A DNA stretch of 45,035 nucleotides from a virus. Location of the stretch: the IMG/VR virus record IMGVR_UViG_3300045988_144790; one strand, given 5' to 3'. The stretch's first letter is position 1; each line of letters begins with the position of its first letter. Below, piece by piece: positions 19,564-27,626 of the stretch. Below the pieces are notes generated by a model, which did not search any database, was not told the DNA's origin, and saw nothing but the letters and a program-made list of their open reading frames with translations. A program made the position numbers and the translations under genes.

Positions 19564-19902
19564 ATGTACCAGAACTGGAATACCTTTGGCAATCCGTATG
19601 GCGGCACATACCAGCCGCAGCCCTGCACCATAACGAAGGTGAGCGGGGAGAACGGCGCGAGGGCTTTTGGGATGGCACCCAATTCCAGCGTGCTTTTATT
19701 GGATGAAACTGCGCCTTTGGTCTGGCTGAAAACCACAGACGGTGCAGGCTACCCGACCTTGACGCCCTACACGATTACACCGTATCAGGCCACGCCGCCG
19801 GTTGACGTGAACGCACTGGAACAGCGCATTGCAAGATTGGAGGAGAAGCTCAATGACAAACCCGATTCTACAGGCAATGGGGAAAAGCGCACTACCAAAT
19901 GA
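19564..19902 (+). CDS. hypothetical late protein
   Basis: AGAGGTGA RBS. 112 aa. Confidence 0.55.
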   Translation: MYQNWNTFGNPYGGTYQPQPCTITKVSGENGARAFGMAPNSSVLLLDETAPLVWLKTTDGAGYPTLTPYTITPYQATPPVDVNALEQRIARLEEKLNDKPDSTGNGEKRTTK

Positions 19903-20065
19903 CCCAATGGCAATGATGCAGCAGTTTGCACGGTTCAAACAGCAGATGCAGGGAAAAGACCCGCAGAAAATTGTGGAAGGGATGCTTGCCAGCGGGCAGA
20001 TGAGCCAACAGCAATTTGAACAGCTGAAAAATATGGCGGAGAGCTTTAGAGGGACACTGTACTGA
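19853..20065 (+). CDS. hypothetical small protein (Q/M-rich)
   Basis: GGAGGAG RBS 8 nt upstream. Overlaps the previous ORF by 50 nt, so the start is uncertain. Confidence 0.45.
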   Translation: MTNPILQAMGKSALPNDPMAMMQQFARFKQQMQGKDPQKIVEGMLASGQMSQQQFEQLKNMAESFRGTLY

Positions 20066-20119
20066 TATAGGCCGGGTATACACGGCTTATAAATATATTT
20101 TTACGAAAGGAAATGCACG

Positions 20120-20707
20120 ATGGACAACGGCTATTCTTTGAGCGACCTGCGGGCCGCTACCGGGGACGGCAACAGCTGGGGCAACGGTGCGTGGTGGATT
20201 ATCATCCTGTTCCTGTTCTGCTTTATGGGCGGGAACGGCTGGAACCGCAACAGCGATTTTGGCCAGTATGCCACAGCGGCCAGCCAGCAGGAGATACTGT
20301 TTGGCCAGCAGTTCGGCCAGCTGAATGACAGAGTCACCAATCTTGGTAACGGCATCTGCAATCTTGGCTATCAGATGCAGGGCAATGTTGCGCAGCTTGG
20401 CAAGGAAGTCGCGATTGGTCAGGCCAACTTGCAGCTGCAGGCAAGCAACAACGCGGCCAACCTGAGCCAGCAGCTTGCAACTTGCTGCTGCACTACACAG
20501 CGGGCTATTGACGGCGTGAATGCAAACATCGACCAGAAGTTTGCAGCGCTGGAAAAGAGCCAGCTGGAACAGCGCATTGCGCAGCTGGAACAGGCCAACA
20601 ACCAGCTGTATATGGCGCAGCAGTTCACCGGCGTGGTACGCTACCCGATGAATTACGCCTACAGCGCAGGCAACAGCCCGTTTTGCGGCGGGTGTGGCTG
20701 CAACTAA
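20120..20707 (+). CDS. membrane-anchored coiled-coil protein with Cys-rich C-terminus
   Basis: TM segment AWWIIILFLFCFMGG, Q/N/L coiled region, and ending FCGGCGCN. Confidence 0.55.
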   Translation: MDNGYSLSDLRAATGDGNSWGNGAWWIIILFLFCFMGGNGWNRNSDFGQYATAASQQEILFGQQFGQLNDRVTNLGNGICNLGYQMQGNVAQLGKEVAIGQANLQLQASNNAANLSQQLATCCCTTQRAIDGVNANIDQKFAALEKSQLEQRIAQLEQANNQLYMAQQFTGVVRYPMNYAYSAGNSPFCGGCGCN

Positions 20708-20725
20708 TCCGCTATAACAGCGCCA

Positions 20726-20757
20726 GCCCGCACAGCAAGCGCTGTGCGGGCTTTTTT
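20726..20757 (+). terminator. intrinsic terminator
   Basis: GCCCGCACAGC-aagc-GCTGTGCGGGC followed by T6. Confidence 0.9.
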
Positions 20758-20777
20758 ACTGAAAGGAGTATAAGTTT

Positions 20778-21218
20778 ATGGCTTGCAATCAAAGGCTTAA
20801 AAACAGCCACTACAAGAGCGCACAGAACACCTACAACAACACCGCGCAGACAATGGCTGCCACTGCCACGCCTGTGAATGTACTTGGCGTGCTGAACACC
20901 GATACCGGGTGTGCGATTGACACAAACGCGGGCGGGTTCCTGATTCAGTGCAGCGGCCTGTACAGAATCAGCTATGATGTGACTTTCACGGCGGGGGCCG
21001 CCGGAACGGAAGTGCTGCAGGGCCTGAAGGATTCCGCGCCGCTGCCTTGTATGAGCGCACAGGTTACTACGGCAGCTGACAGCATCTACACGCTGCACGC
21101 GGAAACGACCGTGTACATCCCGGTATGCTGCGGCAATACACCGACCATCAGCGCGGTTATGAGTGGCGTTGCGGGAACCGTGACCCACGTTTGCGCCAGC
21201 GTTGTGAAGCTGGCATGA
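20778..21218 (+). CDS. hypothetical beta-rich late protein
   Basis: AAAGGAG RBS. 146 aa. GLYRISYDVTF-type strand pattern gives only a weak resemblance to C1q/BclA-like jelly rolls. Confidence 0.5.
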   Translation: MACNQRLKNSHYKSAQNTYNNTAQTMAATATPVNVLGVLNTDTGCAIDTNAGGFLIQCSGLYRISYDVTFTAGAAGTEVLQGLKDSAPLPCMSAQVTTAADSIYTLHAETTVYIPVCCGNTPTISAVMSGVAGTVTHVCASVVKLA

Positions 21219-21228
21219 GGTGGCAGTG

Positions 21229-21696
21229 ATGGAGAATATCAAGGCATACAAGGAGAAGCTGGAACGCGAGATTGACGAGTTTGCCGAGCATTACCCGGTG
21301 AACGAGCGCACAGTTGCCACGCTGACCGCCATGCTGGAATGCTGGGAGCACGTGAAGGCGTGCGCCGAGTGCGGCTGCGGCGGCGAGCTGACGAAGGACG
21401 AGGCAATGGCGTGGATGTACAATATGCACAACGAGGACGGCAGCATGGGTGCGCACTGGGATGTGGAGCAAACACGGCCCTATATGGAGCCGCGCGGCAT
21501 CAGCTGCGAAGTGTGGAAGTGGGCCGCTGTGATGAACATGATGTACAGCGACTACTGCAAGGCGGCACGCAAGAACAGCGTGGACAGGCCGGAGTTTTAC
21601 GCTGATTTGGCGGCGGCGTTTCTGGATGACCGGGACGCGCCGGAGGACAAGGCCGGACGGTACTACCATATGATAGCCAGCAAAATCCACAACTGA
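21229..21696 (+). CDS. hypothetical protein
   Basis: GGTGG RBS. 155 aa. Last gene before the bidirectional terminator. Confidence 0.55.
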   Translation: MENIKAYKEKLEREIDEFAEHYPVNERTVATLTAMLECWEHVKACAECGCGGELTKDEAMAWMYNMHNEDGSMGAHWDVEQTRPYMEPRGISCEVWKWAAVMNMMYSDYCKAARKNSVDRPEFYADLAAAFLDDRDAPEDKAGRYYHMIASKIHN

Positions 21697-21702
21697 ATAC
21701 CA

Positions 21703-21748
21703 ACAGCCCGCAGCTTACGAAATTTTCTCGTAAGCTGCGGGCTGTTTT
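21703..21748. terminator. bidirectional terminator separating the late (+) and early (-) blocks
   Basis: 17-bp perfect stem ACAGCCCGCAGCTTACG / CGTAAGCTGCGGGCTGT. Confidence 0.9.
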
Positions 21749-21749
21749 G

Positions 21750-22184
21750 TCAGGGGAGAATATCGGTTTCCCAGCCGGGCGGAAGTTCAAGCTGGAACAG
21801 GCCGGTGCGCTCCTGCGCACGCACCCAGAAATCAGAGCGGTTCAGCTCCTGCGCAACAGCGCGGCGGGATTTGCCGTCAAGGTAAATTTTCACGAGCACA
21901 AGCGTCTGTGCATCGTTCAGCGGCTTCATGGCGGTAACGCGCTTTTCCCTTGCGTCTTCCATCGCTTCCTTTGCGTAACGGTATCGCAGATAGGCTTTTT
22001 CGCGGCGCTCGGCTGTGCTGGCGACCACATCTGATTTGGCGTTGCCGTGCGGCATACCGTCCGTCGATTTTGAGCGCGGGGCGGCGGCCTCTGAATAAGC
22101 CTCTTTAGCGGCAAGGTATTGCTGGCAGTAGCCGGAATATTTTTGCATCCACTGGGTGCGTTGGGAAATGCCGGATGGAATCAT
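21750..22184 (-). CDS. ArpU/RinA-like late transcription regulator (sigma region-4-like HTH)
   Basis: 144 aa. C-terminal LNDAQTLVLVKIYLDGKSRRAVAQELNRSDFWV resembles sigma-70 region 4. Last gene of the early operon, facing the late genes. Confidence 0.55.
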   Translation of the reverse strand: MIPSGISQRTQWMQKYSGYCQQYLAAKEAYSEAAAPRSKSTDGMPHGNAKSDVVASTAERREKAYLRYRYAKEAMEDAREKRVTAMKPLNDAQTLVLVKIYLDGKSRRAVAQELNRSDFWVRAQERTGLFQLELPPGWETDILP

Positions 22185-22552
22185 TTTGTCACCTTCTCAA
22201 ACCAATAATCTTGTTTGCACTTACTACATTCTTTCCCGTTAGAAACGCATAAGCTCTTGTAATTTCTATCTACTTTTTTGGGACATATGTTTATTGTGCC
22301 GTCTTTTCTTGGCGCGTTTGGGCAGATTTCCAAAAAGGCATCTTGACGATACACCGTTACACGCTTTTCACTGTGCAAGCGTTGTGCGGATTCTTCAAGA
22401 AGGTTTACAAGCAAATCTTTTTCTTCGTGGATTGCTACGGCCTCGTCACCATATATCTGGGTTGCCAACAACCGCAGATATACAGCAAGTGCAGCTGTAT
22501 CTATGATTTGAAGCGCTTTTTTATTAAGATACTGCATACCATGAATAAGCAT
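22181..22552 (-). CDS. hypothetical protein with C-terminal Cys/DYW domain
   Basis: AGGAG RBS. The C-terminus FLEICPNA...CSKCKQDYWFEKVT is paralogous to that of 24070..24420. Confidence 0.6.
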   Translation of the reverse strand: MLIHGMQYLNKKALQIIDTAALAVYLRLLATQIYGDEAVAIHEEKDLLVNLLEESAQRLHSEKRVTVYRQDAFLEICPNAPRKDGTINICPKKVDRNYKSLCVSNGKECSKCKQDYWFEKVTK

Positions 22553-22645
22553 GGCCGCTCCTTTCTACTTGGTAAACCATGCGTAAATCAGCACGGCGGC
22601 AATGAATAGGACAAGTATGGTCATTCTGGGGCCTCGCTTTCATTA

Positions 22646-22930
22646 TCAATGTGCCGGTTCGTCTTTCGCCACGATGTCAGCAAGCCGGCGCAATGTGTAA
22701 GCAAAGGTATCAATGGTTATAAATCTGTCGCGGTACTCATTTTCAAGAATGTCGGCAAGATGTCGGATTCTTGCCGAAGCGAGCATTTTTGTTTGGCTCT
22801 CGTCTTGTACGCCAAGCATCAATTCCTGTTTAGTTGGCATTTCATCAACGGTTAGGACGTGCATCATCTTGCCGGTGGTGTCAATGTAGTTGTTATTTTC
22901 GTCTAAGGTTGGTACGTCAGTTTTGCTCAT
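22646..22930 (-). CDS. hypothetical protein
   Basis: Internal ATG (MSKTDVPTLDE...) overlapping the end of the DUF551 gene. The upstream part of the track ORF reads as junk. Confidence 0.5.
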   Translation of the reverse strand: MSKTDVPTLDENNNYIDTTGKMMHVLTVDEMPTKQELMLGVQDESQTKMLASARIRHLADILENEYRDRFITIDTFAYTLRRLADIVAKDEPAH

Positions 22931-23129
22931 CGTTTGTCTCCTTTGGCGGTTTGGGGAGTGGCATCCAGTGGGTGACGGCATCCAGAGCATAATAATCGCC
23001 CGCATTGATAAATTCCTCTGTGTTGGGAAGTCTAAACGCCATTGACATTGAATCAAACGCCGATTCGTATGTAAGAACCATCTCTTTAGCAACTGGTAGT
23101 CTGTCTTTAACGCTTATCCATTCACTCAT
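22917..23129 (-). CDS. DUF551-like phage protein
   Basis: MSEWISVKDRLP... WMPLPKPP, the characteristic DUF551 opening and closing pattern. Confidence 0.6.
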   Translation of the reverse strand: MSEWISVKDRLPVAKEMVLTYESAFDSMSMAFRLPNTEEFINAGDYYALDAVTHWMPLPKPPKETNDEQN

Positions 23130-23493
23130 CTGCGCTCACCATCCTTTTGCCGCACTCCGGGCAAAAATTATAAGCAGCGAAAGAAATTGCATTACAGGCT
23201 GAACATACAACATTTGTGCTTCCGCCGCTATCGCTTATCCAATGCGCCGTAGGTCGCATAGATTCTGGGTCGATGGTCGGAATTGATTTCAGCCATTTAG
23301 CAAAATACCTTAACTTTACAATGTCTTTAGTATATTGAATTGCGTAAGCCGATTCGCCTAATTCATCTGCTTTTCCATGCAACATAATAATGTCTAATTC
23401 TATATTCTTTAGAATTGGCGCCGCATCAATCAACCGCATCGGTTCTTTCGGCTGGCTTGCGCCCGGAATCGGGCAGCCTATTGTTGTGCTCAT
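23122..23493 (-). CDS. hypothetical protein with C-terminal zinc ribbon
   Basis: ATGA overlap with the upstream stop. CSACN...CPECGKR. Confidence 0.55.
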   Translation of the reverse strand: MSTTIGCPIPGASQPKEPMRLIDAAPILKNIELDIIMLHGKADELGESAYAIQYTKDIVKLRYFAKWLKSIPTIDPESMRPTAHWISDSGGSTNVVCSACNAISFAAYNFCPECGKRMVSADE

Positions 23494-24077
23494 TCTGATA
23501 CCTCCTCTACGTATGCCATGCTCTGGCGTAGATTGAGCGATTTTGGATTGAGAATGCAAGCCGGGGCGATAACATTGCCGCTGCACACAACCCCGCGGCT
23601 GGCAAGAAAACCTCCAATATTCGCAACGCGAACGTAGCCAACGTGGGGCGCGTCGGAATCCTTGCCCCCACAACTCCAAGGTGTGGCTGTCCAAACGTGG
23701 GTATTATAGTGCGGGATATAGTCCCTATACTTTCTATATTCGTCACAGGTGAGAATGAATACGGTATCTTCCACGGTACCATAAAACCGGTCACCATTGT
23801 CCGCCACTAGGTCAACTTCGTGGGGAATAAGATTATCGGTGCCGATAATCCTAGCCAAACAAAGCACTTGTTTGCGAATCGCGCTGGTACGGTAATTATT
23901 CCAATTACCATTTCCGTCAACGTACTGCTCATTCGGGCAGAACTTTGCGTTTTCTATCCACGGCTTTGCCATAATGGCCAACAGGCCACCGTCAGGGTGG
24001 TTCGGGTCAAGGCAGACCCACTCGAAGCCTTTTAACATAAAGTGTTCACCGGGGCGCAGGGTTGTAATGTTAGTCAT
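23490..24077 (-). CDS. hypothetical protein (DUF6273-like, weak)
   Basis: 195-aa ORF in operon register. The family call rests on memory of a W.LD...AIRK pattern only. Confidence 0.5.
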   Translation of the reverse strand: MTNITTLRPGEHFMLKGFEWVCLDPNHPDGGLLAIMAKPWIENAKFCPNEQYVDGNGNWNNYRTSAIRKQVLCLARIIGTDNLIPHEVDLVADNGDRFYGTVEDTVFILTCDEYRKYRDYIPHYNTHVWTATPWSCGGKDSDAPHVGYVRVANIGGFLASRGVVCSGNVIAPACILNPKSLNLRQSMAYVEEVSE

Positions 24078-24420
24078 TGTCGGTTACCTCCGTGAGCCAG
24101 TAGTCTTTTGCACAGGTTCCACATTTACTTAAATATTCATCGTCTGTGCAGCATTTAGAATCTATATCACACGGACGAATCGCAAGAACTCCGTTACTGT
24201 CTAGTTTTGCGTTTGGGAACAGCTTCAAAAACTCGCTCTGGCGGGTCTTGATGGGGTGGCTGTCGCTCCACGCAGACACAGCGTCGTACACATACGCGAA
24301 ATCAGTCAAACCCTTATAGGTAGCGCAATGGCATTTGTGCAGTGGGCACTTCTCGCAGCCTATTACACGATATGCCTTGCACAGTCTATTTGATTCTTTC
24401 TGAAATTCATGTAGCTTCAT
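24070..24420 (-). CDS. hypothetical Cys-rich protein, paralogous C-terminus to 22181..22552
   Basis: FLKLFPNA...CGTCAKDYWLTEVT. Confidence 0.6.
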   Translation of the reverse strand: MKLHEFQKESNRLCKAYRVIGCEKCPLHKCHCATYKGLTDFAYVYDAVSAWSDSHPIKTRQSEFLKLFPNAKLDSNGVLAIRPCDIDSKCCTDDEYLSKCGTCAKDYWLTEVTDND

Positions 24421-24743
24421 AAAATCTCCTCCTTGTCATAGCCGAGCGCGACAAACTTTCCGTAAGTCAGTCCCAGCGCTTCGGATTCGTGTACACATTG
24501 CTTAATGGATTTTGTGTACGGCAGTAGTGCTTTCTTTCGCTTCTTTCTTGCTTTCTCGCCAGTCATCTGCGGCATACCTTTTGGGCGCCCTTTTGGCTTT
24601 AGCGATTTGCGCTTTTCATTGTCCCGCCTGCGGCGTTCCGCTTTCTTTTCCGCTGCGCATTTATCGCAGTAGCGGACGGCAGACGAAACATTGAACAGAA
24701 GTTTCCCGCAGCTTTTGCAGGGCTTAGTTGTCATTCCTCGCAT
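24417..24743 (-). CDS. zinc-ribbon plus basic-tract protein
   Basis: GAGGAA RBS 6 nt before ATG 24743. CKSCGK...CDKC followed by a K/R-rich region. Confidence 0.5.
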   Translation of the reverse strand: MRGMTTKPCKSCGKLLFNVSSAVRYCDKCAAEKKAERRRRDNEKRKSLKPKGRPKGMPQMTGEKARKKRKKALLPYTKSIKQCVHESEALGLTYGKFVALGYDKEEIL

Positions 24744-24753
24744 TTTTGGTTCC

Positions 24754-24951
24754 TCAAAATTTGCAGAAGCCGCGCCGATGAACGTCACGGCGGATTTTGT
24801 CTCCGCGTGTCAGGAACGGCTCGCGGGAATCCACTTCCTCGCGACGCGCCGCTTTGATTTTGTCGCAGATGGCGCGGTATTCTGCGTATTTCTCGCAGCT
24901 GCTGTGACAGTGCTGCGAACGATTTTTACAGTCCTTGCAGGGGCACGTCAT
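24754..24951 (-). CDS. small Cys/His-rich protein
   Basis: MTCPCKDCKNRSQHCHSSCEKY. 65 aa. Confidence 0.5.
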   Translation of the reverse strand: MTCPCKDCKNRSQHCHSSCEKYAEYRAICDKIKAARREEVDSREPFLTRGDKIRRDVHRRGFCKF

Positions 24952-25330
24952 CTTGAAGCACCTCGATTATAATTTCTGTGCGTGGGTTGTCCTTATCGTA
25001 CCGCACCCGGGAGCCGTCCACGTTGTCGATAACCTTGTAGTTATCATCGACAATAATTTTCGCTTTCACAAGAACATCGTGCGCGGATTCTATCAGGTTC
25101 GACAGGTCGCAGGCACGGCGGGTCGGCATATAGAATACCGTCATAACGCGGCAGGGCGCGTCTATCGGCGTGCGCGGCTTGGGGTTGAGATACCACATTG
25201 CGGCGGCCTCGTATTTCTCGTAGGCCGCGCTTGGCTTAATGAACGGTCTGCCGGTGCGGCGGTTGATAAGGATGCGCTGGGAGTTTTTTTTGCTGACTGG
25301 GGGCAGGGGGATAATATATTTTTGAATCAT
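24926..25330 (-). CDS. rusA: RusA-type Holliday junction resolvase
   Basis: IIPLPPVSKKNSQRI ... DLSNLIESAHDVLVKAKIIVDDNYKVI matches RusA signature regions. The ATG lies 1 nt after the upstream stop. Confidence 0.75.
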   Translation of the reverse strand: MIQKYIIPLPPVSKKNSQRILINRRTGRPFIKPSAAYEKYEAAAMWYLNPKPRTPIDAPCRVMTVFYMPTRRACDLSNLIESAHDVLVKAKIIVDDNYKVIDNVDGSRVRYDKDNPRTEIIIEVLQDDVPLQGL

Positions 25331-25331
25331 G

Positions 25332-26717
25332 TCATTCACCGGCAAACCATTTCTTTGTAACTGCGATGGGAAATTCTTCAATCTCCGATGCCCAAACGCA
25401 CAACTCTTTTCGTCCGCTGTGTAACTGTGTCCACACATACGGAAAACCGCCGATGCCATCGAACAGACTACCGATGGTTGCATTATCCGGCAGACGGTCA
25501 GCGATACCGCCGAGAACGTAGTACCACTGCGGCAGAGCGATGGAGTTGCCCAGTGCCTTATATCGGGGCGTATCAGCAGCCTTGTGGGCTTTACCCTTGC
25601 TGTCTATCCATTCGCCGAGGTCTGTCCAGCCATCGGGATAGCCTTGCAGGCGCTCACACTCAGTAGGGGTCAGCCGCCGCACGATCCAGCGAGTGATTTT
25701 TTCAATCACCGATGGCCCCGTGTTAGTTCCGCCCTTCGCGGTAGCAACCGTCAGAGTTACAGCCTTATCACCTGTTAGAGTACCGTTATATAGGTCTGCA
25801 CCTACGGGCTGGGCGATTACTCTACCGAAAGAATCTTCCCTGCCTACGCCCTTATAATCGCGGGCCAGTAGCGCACCTACTACGGTATCGCCCTGTAATG
25901 TGATGGCTGTATAGTCGGTGACGCTCTTTTCGGTCTGCACCAACGCACCCTTGCCGCCGCCCTCACACCCGGAACGGATTTTTAAAGTGTATGCTTTGGC
26001 AATATCAGGACAACAAACCCCATGCTCATGACCCTCCTGCAATGTATAGGCAGCATCACCCGCCTGCCCAACGCCAAGACCCGTTCTCTCTCCGAGGGAT
26101 TTGTGCCTGGTCGCAATTTGGAGGTTTACGGGGATGGCTTCTGTGCAATCTGCTGTTCCAGCGCCGTTTTCAACAGTTCCGGCAGTTGCTTGCCCCGGCG
26201 TGACGCCCGGCGCAAAATGCCCTCGCAGGCTTTCCGGCTCAAATAGTATTTCTCCGGCACGCCCACCTGTAAGATCGAGGACAAGCGAGATGCGCAATCG
26301 ACGTTGGGGAACGCCCCAATACTGGGCATCCATGGTTCGCCAAGCAATGCTCCAATCGTTTCCTGTGATAAGTCCTGCTTTTGCCCATTTGCTTTTGTCA
26401 GGTCCAGGGATTGAAATGCCAGCTTCTTTGATTCGTGCCAGTTCTTCCAGGACGGCTCGGAAGTCCTCGCCTTTGTTTGAGCTGAATGCTCCGGGAACGT
26501 TTTCCCAGACGGCATATTTGGGATATTGTCCATTTGTCGCTTCCCTCATTTCTTTGATAATGCGAACGGCTTCCATAAAAAGACCACTTCGTTCACCTGA
26601 AAGGCCGGCGCGTTTGCCGGCGATAGATAAATCTTGACACGGGCTTCCAAAAGTTATAACGTCAACCGGTGGAATGTTATCCCCTTTTATTTTTGTAATA
26701 TCGCCCAGATGAATCAC
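25332..26717 (-). CDS. DNA (cytosine-5) methyltransferase, circularly permuted motif order
   Basis: Motifs appear N to C as: IV GSPCQDLS, VI ENVPG, VIII QRRLR, large TRD, IX RRLTPTECERLQGYP, X ALGNSIALP, then I LFDGIGGF and II WASEIE at the extreme C-terminus. GTG start with AGGAG RBS. Confidence 0.85.
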   Translation of the reverse strand: MIHLGDITKIKGDNIPPVDVITFGSPCQDLSIAGKRAGLSGERSGLFMEAVRIIKEMREATNGQYPKYAVWENVPGAFSSNKGEDFRAVLEELARIKEAGISIPGPDKSKWAKAGLITGNDWSIAWRTMDAQYWGVPQRRLRISLVLDLTGGRAGEILFEPESLRGHFAPGVTPGQATAGTVENGAGTADCTEAIPVNLQIATRHKSLGERTGLGVGQAGDAAYTLQEGHEHGVCCPDIAKAYTLKIRSGCEGGGKGALVQTEKSVTDYTAITLQGDTVVGALLARDYKGVGREDSFGRVIAQPVGADLYNGTLTGDKAVTLTVATAKGGTNTGPSVIEKITRWIVRRLTPTECERLQGYPDGWTDLGEWIDSKGKAHKAADTPRYKALGNSIALPQWYYVLGGIADRLPDNATIGSLFDGIGGFPYVWTQLHSGRKELCVWASEIEEFPIAVTKKWFAGE

Positions 26718-26797
26718 AGCGTTATCTCCTTCACTTTACTGAAATACTTTTCGCTGTACCAGATGCCCGGCAGGGGGATCGTGTATTGATAGGTCAT
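26714..26797 (-). CDS. possible 27-aa leader ORF coupled to the methyltransferase
   Basis: MTYQYTIPLPGIWYSEKYFSKVKEITL. Its TGA overlaps the GTG start of the methyltransferase gene. Confidence 0.3.
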   Translation of the reverse strand: MTYQYTIPLPGIWYSEKYFSKVKEITL

Positions 26798-26813
26798 GTG
26801 TTACCCTTTTCCG

Positions 26814-27245
26814 TCAAAACGGCAAATCACCGTTGTCCTCAATCTCTGCAAAATCGTCCGCGTTTCCGTTGGAGTAGCCGACATTCGGCTCACCCTGTGT
26901 GCGGGCGGCGGGGTGGGCAGCAGAATCGGACTTTCCGCAGAAGTTAGCGTTTTGCACAACCACCTCAATCGCGGTGCGGTTCTGGCCGTTCTTGTCCTGA
27001 TACCGGCGGCTCTGCAAGCGTCCATCAACAGCAATCATAGAACCTTTCTGGAAATACTTGCAGATAAACTCGGCGGTCCTTTCCCATGCGGTGCAGGGAA
27101 TCCAGTCTGTCTGGCTGTTGCCGTTGGCATCTTTGCGGCCTCTATCACAAGCCAACGTGAATGATGCCACGCTCTTGCCGGTAGTGGTCTGGCGCATTTC
27201 CGGGTCACGTGCCAATCGGCCCTGCATTGCAATTACATTCAGCAT
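26814..27245 (-). CDS. ssb: single-stranded DNA-binding protein
   Basis: OB-fold opening MLNVIAMQGRLARDPEMRQTTTGKSVASFTLA and an acidic tail DDFAEIEDNGDLPF. Confidence 0.9.
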   Translation of the reverse strand: MLNVIAMQGRLARDPEMRQTTTGKSVASFTLACDRGRKDANGNSQTDWIPCTAWERTAEFICKYFQKGSMIAVDGRLQSRRYQDKNGQNRTAIEVVVQNANFCGKSDSAAHPAARTQGEPNVGYSNGNADDFAEIEDNGDLPF

Positions 27246-27248
27246 GAT

Positions 27249-27626
27249 TTATTCCTCCAATGCGGGCAAGGCCCGCGTATATTTGCTCGGCGCTGCGCAG
27301 CCAAGCTGCCGAACACCTGTTGAAAACCAGCCCGGCAGTGGAATGCCAAGCTCGGAGAATCTGTCCCACGCAAGGCGCATACTCCAGTTGATTTCCGGCT
27401 TGTATGCGGCGTGCTTTGACGCTTCATCCACCACCATTTTCAACGAAGGTGGAAAGTCGCACTTGCGGGAAAGCTCCACAATGGCGCGTTCTGCGGCCTT
27501 GTAGGGAACGTCCTGTAGGGATTTCGCCCACGCCGACACCATTGCGGCGGTATCGGTGTTGCGGTTAATATTCGGCCAGTAGGTTGTCGCTACTGCCAAA
27601 AGTGCTGCTGTCTGCTGCTTGTCCAC
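27249..27626 (-). CDS. replication-associated protein (helicase-loader-like, weak)
   Basis: AGGAG 9 nt before GTG 27626. Sits between the DnaD-like gene and ssb. The functional call comes from context only. Confidence 0.4.
   Translation of the reverse strand: MDKQQTAALLAVATTYWPNINRNTDTAAMVSAWAKSLQDVPYKAAERAIVELSRKCDFPPSLKMVVDEASKHAAYKPEINWSMRLAWDRFSELGIPLPGWFSTGVRQLGCAAPSKYTRALPALEE

Noticed and set aside
22565-22624. A 19-aa hydrophobic mini-ORF (MTILVLFIAAVLIYAWFTK) on the - strand.
   Set aside because: It has a plausible RBS, but it is too short to support from sequence alone.
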